NCBI RefSeq assembly: GCF_009914755.1
Contig: NC_060944.1
DNA from: the human T2T-CHM13v2.0 reference genome, Homo sapiens
Length of the DNA: 64,000 nucleotides
Strand: one strand, 5' to 3'
Both the position numbers and the translations under genes were made by a program. Positions 31,476-43,812 of this stretch are shown piece by piece (within the stretch, counting starts at the first letter, position 1; the number at the start of each line of letters is the position of its first letter). The notes beneath the pieces were generated by a model. That model was not told the DNA's origin. It saw only the letters and a list, made by a program, of their open reading frames with translations, and made no database searches.

Positions 31476-31657
31476 ATGGCAGGTGAGGAGACCTTGGCAG
31501 ATCAGAAGACCTTCTGCTTCAGCTTCAATATATGGGTCTTCTGGCTCTCAGTACATTCCTCCTGAGCCATGATGGGCCCCAGTTCAATGAAACCTTCTGT
31601 GGCAGCATCATGGTGTCCAGGGGTATAATCTGGAGCATGTACCAGCGCTACCCAAAG
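31476..31657 (+). pseudogene. BSND: BSND (barttin) pseudogene exon 1, also used as a FAM182-like exon (symbol is the parent gene)
   Basis: LADQKTF and [40 protein letters not shown] match barttin MADEKTF...[20 protein letters not shown]...GGIIWSMCQCYPK; donor aag|gtatgt at the native position; frameshift near 31525-31535. Confidence 0.9.
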
Positions 31658-31794
31658 GTATGTGGTTGTGGGGCTGAGTGGAGCCAGAAGGGCTGGATCT
31701 TGTACCTCTCTTCCATGTTTCAGCCCCATCCTTCAATCATCTTCTTGTTCTTTTCATTTTGACTCCCTGTTTTATTGTCTTCTCTTCTGAGCAC

Positions 31795-31917
31795 CCGTCC
31801 ATTCATTTATCCATTCATCCATCTATTCATCCATCCATTCATCTCAGCATCAATCTGTCAATCCATGCATCCATCCATTTATTTGTCCAACCACCCATCC
31901 ATCTATCTGTCCATCAT
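31795..31917. repeat. (CCAT)n degenerate tetranucleotide repeat
   Basis: Direct reading. Confidence 0.85.
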
Positions 31918-33583
31918 TTAGCATAAAGATTGATCAGAAGCCTCCTGGTTCTGGAGCCATAGACCAGACACCATGGGGAGACATGATGAAAAACAACATA
32001 TGATTTGTGTGCTTGAAACAAAAGTTAATGAGTGCTTACCACCTGCCTGGCAGTCCTGCATTCAGGGCGCAGTTCTCCCCTCATCCTGAGCTTTTTGGTA
32101 CCTTCTATAGTTTCATTTTGTAGTAGAGAAGGCTGAGCCTCGTAAAGTGGGGTCACACAGCTGCGTAATGGAGTTTGGATTGGAGCTCAGATGTGTGTGA
32201 CTTAGGCATCACCCTCTGCCTTGAGTCCTCTACTCCAGGGTCCCAGAGCTGCTGAGCATTCTGGGGTTGGTCAGCTCTAACCTGGGTGGCATGCATTGAG
32301 CAACTCTCCATATTTTGGAGTCTTAATGTATTCCCAGCCTTAATGATGGCAAGGACCCTGCTTTGGGAGACCTGGGTTCTAGTTCCAGTCCTGTCCCAAA
32401 CTTCCTGTGTGATTTTTGTCTTTCTGAGTCCAGTATTTGCATCTGCATAATAGGACACAAGCACCAATATTCACAGCTTCATAGGGGTATTACAGAGGTC
32501 AGAGAAGAGAAGAGATATATGAATATTTGTAGACTGTAGAGTGTTTTGTTTAGGTGAAGGGCTGTCAGGTCCTGACAACCCTCTGGAATGAACATGTCAG
32601 AAGCTGTAAACCTTCAATGCCCAGAGAGGTGGAGTGACTCTTCCAAGGTCACGTAGCTAGTCAGAGACAGACCTAGGGGAAAAAAGGGAGAGAAACATGG
32701 ATTCTAACTTGGGCTCTGTCTCTAACTGCCTGAGAGACTGCTCAAGCCCCTTCCCTCTCTAGGCCTGTTTCCTTGTTTTTAGAATATGTGAGACAGGATG
32801 AGGGGATGGATGGGGAGGATATCTGGGGGCCCTGCTAGAACTCACCTCTAGGGCCCAGACTTGGAAATCCCCAGAATCCCCGTATTGTCCTTTACACCTG
32901 GGTGGCTGTGCTCAAGGGCTCAGGGAGGGGGGACTCTTGCAGCCCTGGACTCCCTAGCCCTTACCCTTCTGTGGGCCCACCCTGGGCTATCAGCGTGTTC
33001 GGTGCTGGAATGGTCTGAGCTGGTTTATAGTCATTTCTGAGGCAGTTTATGGTAACCTCACCTCTGTCCGTGCCATGTCCTGAGCAGAGGTCCCGGGGAG
33101 AAGTGCTGGGGGCCAGAGCCACCCATGTCACCACTAGCCATGGTAGTCCTCTTCCCCATGAGGAGGCTGCACCCTGGGAGATGGCATCGGGTGGAATGGA
33201 GCATCTGTCCTGACCTCCCCGTTAAGCAGAGGTGGCTCTGGGACTGTGGGCAGAGATATTGGAGTGGCAGTGGGAAACGAAGTGGAGGAGGAAATATTGC
33301 TGGGTACTAATGAGTCACAGTTGATGGACTCATGTCTTCATGTGCTTTGGAGGCACTATGGTGGGGTGCAGATGGCATATGTTTTGGTGACCTACAGGCT
33401 TACATTCAAATAGCTGTTACCTCATGTTTCACATCTGTGACCTTGGCAGGGGGAGCTCCTCAACCCCAAACCTTGCACAGCTGAGTGGGAGAAACCAGAG
33501 GGGTCTTGTGTTGTCAAGGACCTGGCATCATGCCTGGCACAGAGCACTTGCAAAATCTTCATTCTCAAGATTGGCATTTGTAG

Positions 33584-33706
33584 CTCTGGGGGATACACAC
33601 AGAGGTCTCTCTATGTATGGGCAAGGTACCTGTGGATAGATGTGGGTCTGTTTGTGTGTGTGGGAGTGCATGTTTCAGGGACACAGGCTATCAAAACCAG
33701 CACAAG
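33584..33706 (+). ncRNA. FAM182-family internal exon (123 bp)
   Basis: ttgtag| acceptor and cacaag|gtgact donor; translation resembles recalled FAM182A/B predicted peptides (RSLYVWAR.., CFRDTGY.NQHK). Confidence 0.6.
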
Positions 33707-35092
33707 GTGACTCCAATAAGGGAAGGGAAGAAAGCGCATGGTAAACCAGGAAGACACTCTAGAGATGAGGCTTCTTGCACTCCACATGGCCTCTTGGTGC
33801 CTGTGCCATTGTAGCCTTCAGTACTCATGCTTGTCCTACCCTCCGGGTCCTCCCCTGGATCTCAGTGCCTGACCCATGGAAAGCTTCAGTAAATGGGGAA
33901 ACACAAATATAAGGGAATATAACTAGCTAATTAGGGTAATGAAGTGAGGAGTAGCCATTTCCAACATGCATTAAGCTGTCCCTGATTTTTAGGGGCTGGA
34001 GGTCTAGTGAGAGAGACAATTTGCGGCATGATGGGGAGGAAGTAGGATTCACAGAGAAGGTGAGCTTGGATTTGTAAGGTTAAGTAGAAATTCACCAGGC
34101 AGAGAAGATGTAGGAAGACGCTCCAGGCAGAAGAGCAACAGGATCAAAGCCATGTGGTGAAAGAACAAGGCAAGTGGGTCAGCAATGCTACTAGAAGGGG
34201 AGGGGAAAAAGTCAAGGTGGAAATGGAGGGGTCTCAGCTCCTCAGTGCCTGGGGTGTTATGCTAAGGGATTTGGATCTTACCCTTTAGTCAAAGGGACAA
34301 GGGAGGGACATGACCAGGTTTGCAGTGAGAAAATTATCAGGCTGATATCTGGAAAGAGGAAGGTCTGGAGCAGCGAGACCAATGGGAGGCTTCTCTGCTC
34401 AGGTGAGAGACAGTGGTCATCTGGATTAGGCAGAATTTGAAGCCAAGGCTGTGGGAACTGAGAAGACAGTTCCAGTTTACCATATGAGGAGTACCTGCTG
34501 TGGCTGGCAGGGCACCAGCACTTCTACCCAGATTATCTCATTAAAATTCTAAAGTAGACCTGGTCAGTTCTGGAAGCCACCTGGGCCTCAGGCATGAGAG
34601 AGGAGGAGGAATTGGGGCAAATCTAGTCGGTGGGTGCAGTTGGAGATGCTGAGCCTATTAGCAAAGATGGGACAGGAAAGTGGGGAGCAGGGAAAGGAGT
34701 GGCAGGGAGAGTGAGGCCTTTCCCTGCCTGGCTGCAGCCTTTACCCATGAGCCTCCCGTTCCTCATTCCTGCCAGATCTGCTGGACCCAGGACCAGGACC
34801 CTGGTTGGTGTTGAAGGTTCTGTCTCCTCTGTGGGCCTCCCTCCCTCTGCTTCTTCTGAGGATTGCTCAATGTTCTGCCTAAACACAAATCTGACTGCAT
34901 ACTCTCCTGCTGATAAATCTCCAAGGATGCCTCTGATTCTGGGCAAAGCCTGAGCTTCTTAGCTTTCTGTTCTGGGGGTCTCCATTGTTTGATATCCCCT
35001 CCCCAGCTTCAACTCTGCCTGTTCCTCCCCATCAAAGTACCTGTATTTTAATATGCTACCTCCTCTCCTTTTCCTCCAAGATTTTCATAATT

Positions 35093-35645
35093 GTGGTTGT
35101 GATGATGATGATGATGGTGATGGTGAAAGTGGTGATAATGATAGTGATAGTCATGTTGAGGATGATGGTGAGGATAGTGATAGTGATAATGTTGGTGATG
35201 GTGAGGAAAGTGATAGTGAAGGTGGTGGTGATGATAGTGATAGTTATGCTGAGGATGATGATGATGATGGGGAGAATGTTGAAGGTGAGCATGGTGATGG
35301 TGATGATAAGGATGGTGATGGTGATGATGAGGTGATAATGATGGTGATGAGGATGGTGATGGTGAAGGTGGTGATCATGATAGTGATAGTTATGCTGAGG
35401 ATGATGATGATAATGGTGAGAATGGTGAAGGTGAGCATGGTGATGGTGATGGTAAGGATGGTGATGGTGAAAATGGTGGTGGTGATAATGAAGATGATGG
35501 TGATGGTGAGGATGGTGATGGTGAAGGTGGTGATAGATACTGATAGTTATGGTGAGGATGCTGCTGCTGATGCTGGTGAGAATGGTGAGGGTGAGACTGA
35601 TGATAATGAGGATGGTGATGGTGAGTATGGGGATGGTGATGGTGC
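35093..35645. repeat. Complex (GAT/GGT)n trinucleotide tract with a higher-order unit
   Basis: Recurrent block ggtgaaggtggtg..atgatagtgatagttatgctgaggatgatg; explains the low-complexity ORFs on both strands. Confidence 0.9.
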
Positions 35646-36354
35646 ACCCCTTGATTTGGCAATTCGACATCTAAGAATTGTTCATTTCTTCTAGGATGTT
35701 TGTTTTTTGAGTCAAGACTTCCCTATGTTGCCCAGGCTGGCCACGAACTACTGGCCACGAGTGATCCTCCCACTTTGGCCTCCTGAGTAGCTGTGCTTAC
35801 AGGCATGAACCATGGTGCCTGGCTTTACCCTAGAAATTTATCCTGAGGAAATAATCAGAGAAGTGTGCCAAGTGGTACTTAGAGAAGGGTATTTATTGTT
35901 GCATCGATGATAGTAGGTAAGATGTGGGAAGAATGTAAATGTCCAGCAATAAGAGATTGGACTACATACAGCAATAATTGTGCTACAGCTAGGCAAGGGG
36001 CTGGCTTCTGGCCATTCAGAACACAGACCCTCCTGATTGAGTCAAATATCCTGTCACTGCTCTCACACACCACACACCTCCCTCCTTTTCAGCACAAATT
36101 ACAATCGTAATTTTACATTTCTTTGTGAACCTCTTTGATGAATGTCTGTATCCCTCATTAGATGCTAAGCTCCATGGAGGCAAGGAGTATACTATGTTCA
36201 TTATTGTGTCCTCCATGCCAAGTTACGTTCCTAGAACACAGTACACTCTCAATAATTTGTTGTTAAATGAATGACTGAATCTATATTTCTTAGTATGGAA
36301 AGATGTTGGAAATATGCAATTAAGAGGAAGAGCAGATTATAAAACAGTATGCAT

Positions 36355-36830
36355 GCTGTAGTACAGACTGCAAATTCCCTCCTTTCTTGATCTTCTTTAG
36401 GGGACCACATGCGCACTCTCAGTCAATAAATTATGATTGATCCAAAGTCAATCATGACAATGCTATTCTCTACAGCTAGGGATGGTCATGAGATCAGGTT
36501 CTGGCCAATCTAAACACAGATTTCCAGACCTAAAGAGAAATCCTCTGGGAGTCACCTCTGAAGTTCTTGCTTTTCTAATAAGAATACAGAAGTGACTGCT
36601 TTTGCTGGCCTTGTAAACTCATGTAGTGGTTGGAGCTGCAGTAGCCGTCTTACAGCCGTGAGCTAAATTCCAATGGACTCACAAAGATACTGGGCCTAAC
36701 ATTGTTGAACCAGTGAACCATAGCCAGGAACCATAGGTACTCTAACTATGTAAGAAAAATGAACCTGTCTTTGTTTAAGTGACTGAATTTTCAGATTAAT
36801 GCACTCCCAACAGATACAGAGCATGATCCC
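36355..36830. mobile_element. Old MaLR LTR (MLT1-like)
   Basis: gggatggtcatgagatcaggttctggccaat, ggagctgcagtagccgtctt, cttgtttaag motifs. Confidence 0.55.
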
Positions 36831-38786
36831 ATATGTACCTGTATGTGCAAATATGAATAGAAAAATAATTAAAGTGATTATCTCTGTGTGGTAAGATTCT
36901 CCTTCATATTTTTTTATTTTATAAAGTTTTCCCAAAGGGCATGTAAATAATAATCAGACAAATATTTCTGTACATTCAGAAAATAAACAATGGTACTAAT
37001 TTTATTTTTTAAAAATAAACAAAATATTGGGGCCCCAGAAGGGAGTTCACTACCATATGGTAAGTTAATTAGCCACGACCGAGATGAACACTTGTCGGTA
37101 TCCTGGAGGACAGGTTCTGCAGCAGTGAGAGGTCCCCTCCAGAACAGTATGTGGTTCCAAACTTCTGAGGGAGGCGGGGCAGACCCCAAGGAAGTAGATG
37201 AGAACCTGAGTGAGGCTCTGTGGGGAGAGAGGATGTTCCTCAGTCCTCACAGGGACATGTCAGTTTCACTTGAGATTAGGCCCCAGCCTTGGCTGGGAAG
37301 CCTGCCAGGCAGGTTCTCAGCAGCATGGGGTGATAACAGGAGGAGGGGAAACCTGGCAAGCTGGGGCAGCTCTGGGGTCTTCAGGTGGGGCTGTCTCAGG
37401 CAGCAACTGTGTTGGCTGTAAACACAGATTTCCAGGATGCAGAGCGTTGCAATCTCTCCCACCACAAACCTGGACCATCAGAGATGTTTCCATAGCAGCA
37501 TGTATGCCAGTGAGGAATCTGGACATGATCTGTGATCCCCTCTCCTACTTTTCCTTTTCTCTTAGAATGGGACAGAGCAGCCTGGAGCAGCTAGTGTCTT
37601 GTAGTGACTCCAGTTTGCTGCTCTCTTCCTTATCTTCTTCCTCCTGCCCTCTGTCTCCTCTGCATCCTTCACCTTCTACATCAGGAAGCTCAAGTCATCG
37701 GGCTGAGCTTGGGCTTCTCATCTAAATCACGGAGTGCCAGTCAATGCCTCCCTTCCTCTTCCCAGGGAGCAACTTCAATCTTCCCTGCCTGCAGTGGGGA
37801 GTTAGACCCTGCTCCTTATTCCCTGTGGGACCATCCGCAGCCTGTTTCCTCACCCCTGTAATGGGACTGCTGTCCTCCCTGCTCACCTGGCAGTGCTAAT
37901 TCCAGGCCATGGGCCCTCCTGGGAAAATCACCAGTGTGGGTGACACGATGGGTGTTTGTGTGTGTGGAGGGGTGGGGCTGCCACCTGGCCATTTACAGAC
38001 CCCTTCCTTCCTCTCTCCCTGTGCTTGTCGCATGTCAGGGATCCCTCTCCTTTGTGCCATGAAACATAAGGCATTTTCAGATCCATCATGTCATGGAGCC
38101 TAGCATCTCCTTGGTGAAGTTGGAGTTATTGTCACCATTTTACTGATGAGTAAAATGAGGCTCAGAAAGGGGAAAGTCATTGCCAGGGTTCCGCTGTGTA
38201 CTTATAGTGGAGCTGGGATTAGGATGCGTGTTCTGGATTCCTGGCGGGGTCCTGGCCCATCTGCAGCTAAGGCCTGTCTTTCTGCTCCCATGAGGTCCCT
38301 TTTCCATTCCTTTCCTCCCCATGACAGCCACTGTCACCACCACCCAGGGTCTGCGCTCACTGTCACACCACCCCTCGCTGACCCCTGTGTCTGGGCTGAA
38401 ACCCACCATGTCCGTCAGATGGATTTTCCTCAATGGTGGTTGGGCTCCAAATCCACTCTCCCTAGACTGACACAAATTGCACTACAGGGGGCCGCAACTG
38501 TAGGCGTTTCTGTTCTAGAGAGAGAGAGAGAGATGGTCACATAGAAATGTCAACATCACTTGGTGAAGAGGAGAGTGGAAACACAGGAGAAAGTTCTGGG
38601 AGTGACGTCAGGAGGAGGTAGCCCTTGAGTTGGGTCTTGAGGGATGTGTAAGAGCTACCAGGCAAGGAACACTGGGAAGGGCATTCCAAGAGGAAAGAGC
38701 AGCATTCTCCAAGGCTGAGACTGGTCTGGTGGCTACAAGATAGAGCTGGGTGACCGGGACCCCTTGAGACAGTGCTCCCTTTTCAG

Positions 38787-39029
38787 GAGGAAACCTGCAG
38801 CTCTAATACTTTGGGCTGTCTCAGAGTCCCCCAGAGATCTTGGGAAATTCCTGGGTCCAGTTCCCAGGGATTCTGGTCCGGGCAGAGGAATCCGCACTTC
38901 TCACAGGCAGGGGCTATGACCTCACCCCACAGTTCTGATGCAGTTGGTCCCTGGATCACTCTTGGAGAAATACAAGCAGGACTGAGAGGCTTTGACCCAA
39001 GCACTGTGCAGGGGGTGGGATGGGGATAG
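38787..39029 (+). ncRNA. FAM182-family downstream exon (3' limit set at the in-frame stop; true exon end unknown)
   Basis: Strong acceptor ctcccttttcag|gaggaa; frames continue from the upstream exons (EETCSSNTLGCLRVPQRSW.. and RKPAALILWAVSESPRDLG..GL*). Confidence 0.6.
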
Positions 39030-40663
39030 ATGTGGAATGGGCCAGAGGAATAGTGGTTGGAGCTATACCTTCCTGGACCACCCTGTCTAAAATGTGGCTC
39101 TCCCATCCCCCTTTCCCACTGATACATTCTATCCTCCTTCACTTTTCCTTTATTTTATTTTTTGTAGATACAGGGTCTCACTATGTTACCCAGACTGGTC
39201 TCAAATTCCTGACCTCAACCATCCTCACATCTCGGCCTCCCAAAGCACTAGGATTACAGGCATGAACCACCATGCTCTCATCACCAACTCACATGCTGAA
39301 TATTTGACTAGTTTATTTATTATCTGTTTCACCCTACTAGCATGAGGGCTACATGAGGAAAGGGACTTTGTCTATGTCATTCACTGCTGTAGCCAAGTGT
39401 CTACAATGTGTAAGGACATGGAAGCTGTTTCTGTTTTGACTTGTAATTTTAATTTTGGGAAGCAGAAGATATCTGAGTGGACTCAGTGGCTGACAGGAAA
39501 AGGGAGAACAGTCTTGGTGTGCACTAGAGTGACAGGGAGACCTAGACAGAGAGATGTCAGAGGACATTTCCTGGAAGAGGCTGACGGAAAGGTGGGGCAA
39601 CTGGGGAGGGTCTCTCTGGACATCAATGCCTTTGAAGCTGGCAGGGAGGGAGGAAGTGCATGGGTGGAGAAGAATGCCTGAAGAAGACCTCCTTGGCTTC
39701 CATATTCTTCATGAAGTGACAGGTGAGGGGCTTCCTGGAAAGAGAGGGCAGGAGGGGAGCAAATGTAGGCTGGTGATGGTGGGCCTGCAGCAGTGCCCCA
39801 GGGTGAAGGGGTGAGTGCATTACTGAGGCTGGACCCTGGTCATGACCCTTGCCTTGGCCTCAAGACTCATTAAAAACCAGCCTCCTCCAGTGAGCTTAGA
39901 TCATGCCACTGCACTCCAGCCTGGAGACAGAGTGAGACTCCGTCTCAAAAACAAAAACGAAAAAACAGCCTCCAGTCCCAATGTGCCCAGCTGGACCATG
40001 CGCTGCTTCCTGGATGTGCCACCATCACAACTGGAACACAAATCCTGAGTCACTGCCTCTAGAAAGCCTGCCTGGATTCAGTGCCCTTCTGACTGGGCTC
40101 CTGCAGCACCTGGTCTGACACTACTATGTGACTTGCCTCTGCCTGCCTCTTATCACAGGTGCCTGTGTTTTTACCTGCCTCAGTGAGGGCTGTTGAGGAC
40201 CCGACCAGGCTGATCCATCTTAGGGGCTACAGCAGGTGCCAGCAATGGCTGGGCTGTGTCAGGGCTGGGCAATAGGCAGACCAGGTTCTCACGCTGGGCA
40301 CGGGTGCCCTTTGTGGGCTCAACTGGGTGTGAGCACTACTTCTGAGTGGCCAGAAGATTCCTGGGAGAGACCTGGTTATCTTGGGCTGACCCTCGCTCCC
40401 CAGTTCCTTCCTCCCTCCCTCCCTTGCTGAAACCCTTTTGCATGTCCTCAAAATCCTGCTCCAGCACCAGCAGCCCTCTGGGTTTCAGCAGCCTCAGGGA
40501 ACTCTTCCTTTTCTTCCTTGCTGTAAGAGGCCCGATCCCCTGAGGACACTGCTGCCTTGCTGTCCTCTGCTGCAGCCCTTCCCTGGGCCTGAGCAGGATA
40601 GGTCCTCCTTGCTTCCCATTGCCTCCCTCTTTCAGCTCATCATCCTGCTCTCCCATAAAAATC

Positions 40664-41275
40664 CATTCATGCACCACGAAATGATGTTTCCATCAACCCA
40701 GACCGCATGTGCAGTGGTGGACCCATGAAACTATAATGGGGCCGAAAGACACCTACTGCCTAGCCCAGTGACATAACAATTGTAACGTTATGGCACAGTT
40801 ACTTTAAAAATATATTGATTAAAAAAGATTTATAATTCTATAGAAAAAGAAATATATATCTCGTAGTGTAGCCTAAGTGTCCAGTGTTTATAAAATCTAC
40901 AGTAGTGCACAGTCACGCCCTAGGACTTCAACTTCACTCACCACTCACTGACGCACCCAGAGAAGCTTCCAGCCCTGCACGTTCCATTCATGATAAGTGT
41001 CCTAGACCAGTGCACCATGTCTAGGTACCATACTATATTTTTATATAGTGCAATACTACGATTTTACTGTACTTTTCATGATACGTTTAGATGCACAAGT
41101 ACTGACCATTGTGCTACAACTGCCAACAGTATTCACTGCAGTAACCTGTGCCCAGGTGTGCGGCCTGAGAGCAGTAGGCTGTGCCACAGAGCCTAGGTGT
41201 ACAGTAGGTACAATATTGAGGTGTGTGTAAGCACACTCTGTGATGTTCACACAAAGAAAAATTACCCAAGGACAC
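40664..41275. mobile_element. Tigger3 (Golem)-derived DNA transposon fragment
   Basis: tagtgtagcctaagtgt.cagtgtttataaa, ttcactcaccactcactgac, gcctaggtgt..agtagg motifs. Confidence 0.8.
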
Positions 41276-43812
41276 GGTGACACACGAAGGGAATCAATAT
41301 TGAAGCTCTTGCCCTCAGATTGCACCCAGGGCCGCATCCCTATGCATTGAGGACTTGGCTCCCGGTTCATGGGCACTTTCTCCTGCTGAGGTGATGTCAA
41401 CATGCACATAGAGAGTCCTCCTCATGCTCTGGCTCTTGGTCCCTCCACCCCTAGAGACCTTGTCTCCACCCTCCCTGTGTCACCCACTCCTACCTGTAAA
41501 TTCTTGTCCTTATCACTGCAGAAACTGTAGCTACTCCAGACCCTCAATTTCAAACACCCTTTTTTTGACCACCATTTTCCTTTTTCCAGCTGCCTCCCAA
41601 CTCCGACACACTTCAATGACTCCAAATTTTCACTTTTGTGTCTCACTCACTTTCTTGCAAATTTCCCCTCCTCCCAGCTGAGACTATATGGCCCAGCCTG
41701 TCATCCACCCTCTCTAACACTCTCCACTCTCTTGCCCCACAAATAATTGTACTCCCAGGGGAAAACTGCACTCTGCTGAAAACCAGGCACCCACTCCCTC
41801 TGCTCCTGCACTCAGGTGGCTGTGCACAGCCAGAGAGAAACACACATGCCTTTTGCTCTCATTTAATCATCAAGCCCAAACCTCCAGTGGGCACTGGATG
41901 ATGTTCTACAGACTCACTCATTTCCTGAGTCCATAAGTCTGCCAGACTTCTTTGTTATCTTAATAAAAAAATATATAATCTAAGCATGTTATGAATACCA
42001 ACTGATTTAATTATCATCAAACTCTATGAATCTGTTCTATAATAATCACTATTTCACAGCTGAGGAGATGCTGGCACAGGAAGAGATGAAGTGACTTGCC
42101 CTGGAGCCCAGGCACCCAGCTCTAGAAGTGCTGCCCTGTCCCCAAGCAACAGTATCTTGCCTCCTCCTTCCTCCTTAAACCTCTAAAACCTTCCTCAGCC
42201 TTCCTTACACCTGTTGCCTTGCTTCCTATTTCAATTTGAAAATAGATGCAATAAAGAGAGAACCTTCCCTGGATCCCACCCCCACATCTCCCCAGCTGCT
42301 TGCCTCTGTGCTTCCTTCTCCACCTTCGCTTGTTATTGTAGCTGGAGTGTCTCCACTCATGTTAGGGGCGAATTTCCTCCATCATATCCACATCATATCC
42401 ACATTATATCCACAGCTCAACCCTCAGGTTCTTTCCTGAGTGTCCGCTTTGCACACTGCCTGGTTCCACAATGCGGTCTCCCACCCATCTCACACCCTGC
42501 ATGCTTACTTATTCATCATCTGTTCTGCTCTACTACAGTGAGGGGCAGGGATTCTGGGTATCTTATTCACTGCAGATTCCAGCATCTAGAGCAGTACCTG
42601 GCACCTAGAAGGTGTTGGTATTTAATGAAGTCAGTCATTTTATATGTCAGGCTCTGGCCTGGTGCTGGGGACACTAGGGTGATTCAGACAGGTCCAAGTT
42701 TACAGTCCCATAGGGGAGACAAACACATTACCTGACAAATTTGCAGGCAGCCATTTATATTTTCCATCTTACAAAGCAGCCGTTATTGTACTTGAGAGGA
42801 AATGCACTCAAGCCGTGAACTGTAGCCGTGAGCTCCCCTACCTCAGGACAGAAAGCCCCAGGCTCCAGCCCTTACATTCCTGGGCCTCCAGGGCTCCCTG
42901 GACTTTAGGAAACATCTAGTAAGGGAGACCAAGTCCACTTTGACTCAGAGCTGTGGGATGTCAACAAGGTGCTTCCCCTCTCTGGTCCTCAATGTCTTCG
43001 TCTATTACAAGAGATGATGGTGCCAGCTCAGCGAGCTCCACAGGGCTGGGGCAAATGGGACAGGGAGGGTGACAATGCTTTGTGGACAGAGAGGAGGAAT
43101 TCTGAGTGGCTACTGGAAAGGCACCATGTTTATTTGACAATTTCAAACATGACAGAACTGCAGAACACAGACATCAAGATTCCCCTGTAATTCCATTTGG
43201 AGTCTAAAGCTTAGATTTTGTTTTGTTTAAGCAGTGGCAAACATTATGTATAGATATAGATGTGGGATCATAAAATGTGTTTAAAAGTTATTGATGCAGG
43301 ACAACTTTGCATATCAATACACAAGCATTTATTTGATTTGTTTTAATAGCTGTGAAATATCCCACTGTATGAAGAGACTAAAATCTGTCCTTGTGTTGTG
43401 GATATTTGGATTGATGAACCATTGGAACAAAACAGAGAGGGCAATCAAAGCATTTGACAGCCTGGCAGATCAAAGTGAGAGGTTTATTACAGAAGACAGT
43501 AATGCTAAAAGGGGAGGAGAGCTAAGTGAATCCACCTGCTGCAATCAGAGCCGAGAATCCCACCACCCTAAAAGCCAGGAGACAACGCGGCCAAAAGGGC
43601 AGAGGCCCCCAGGGCTCCCAGCCATGCCAGATGCAAACTTGTCATCCCACCCTGTGTGTGGGCTTCCTATGCCCTGGACAGTCTTTCCTGAGGCAGAGCT
43701 GTTTTAAGAGCTTAGAGCACACATTCTACAGCAGAATTTCTTATGAATGAGGTCCCTGTTCTGTGCTCCTCACCTATCCTGGGCCCTTTTCCTAACTTGA
43801 CTTTCGGTAGTG

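Noticed and set aside
34985-35694. Long Asp/Gly-, Met/Val- and His/Ile-rich ORFs (also 54973-55712)
   Set aside because: Artefacts of the (GAT/GGT)n tracts, which lack stops in several frames
43400-43800. Possible minus-strand LTR fragment directly before the minisatellite
   Set aside because: Only a polyA-signal-like motif; termini, TSD and family not identifiable
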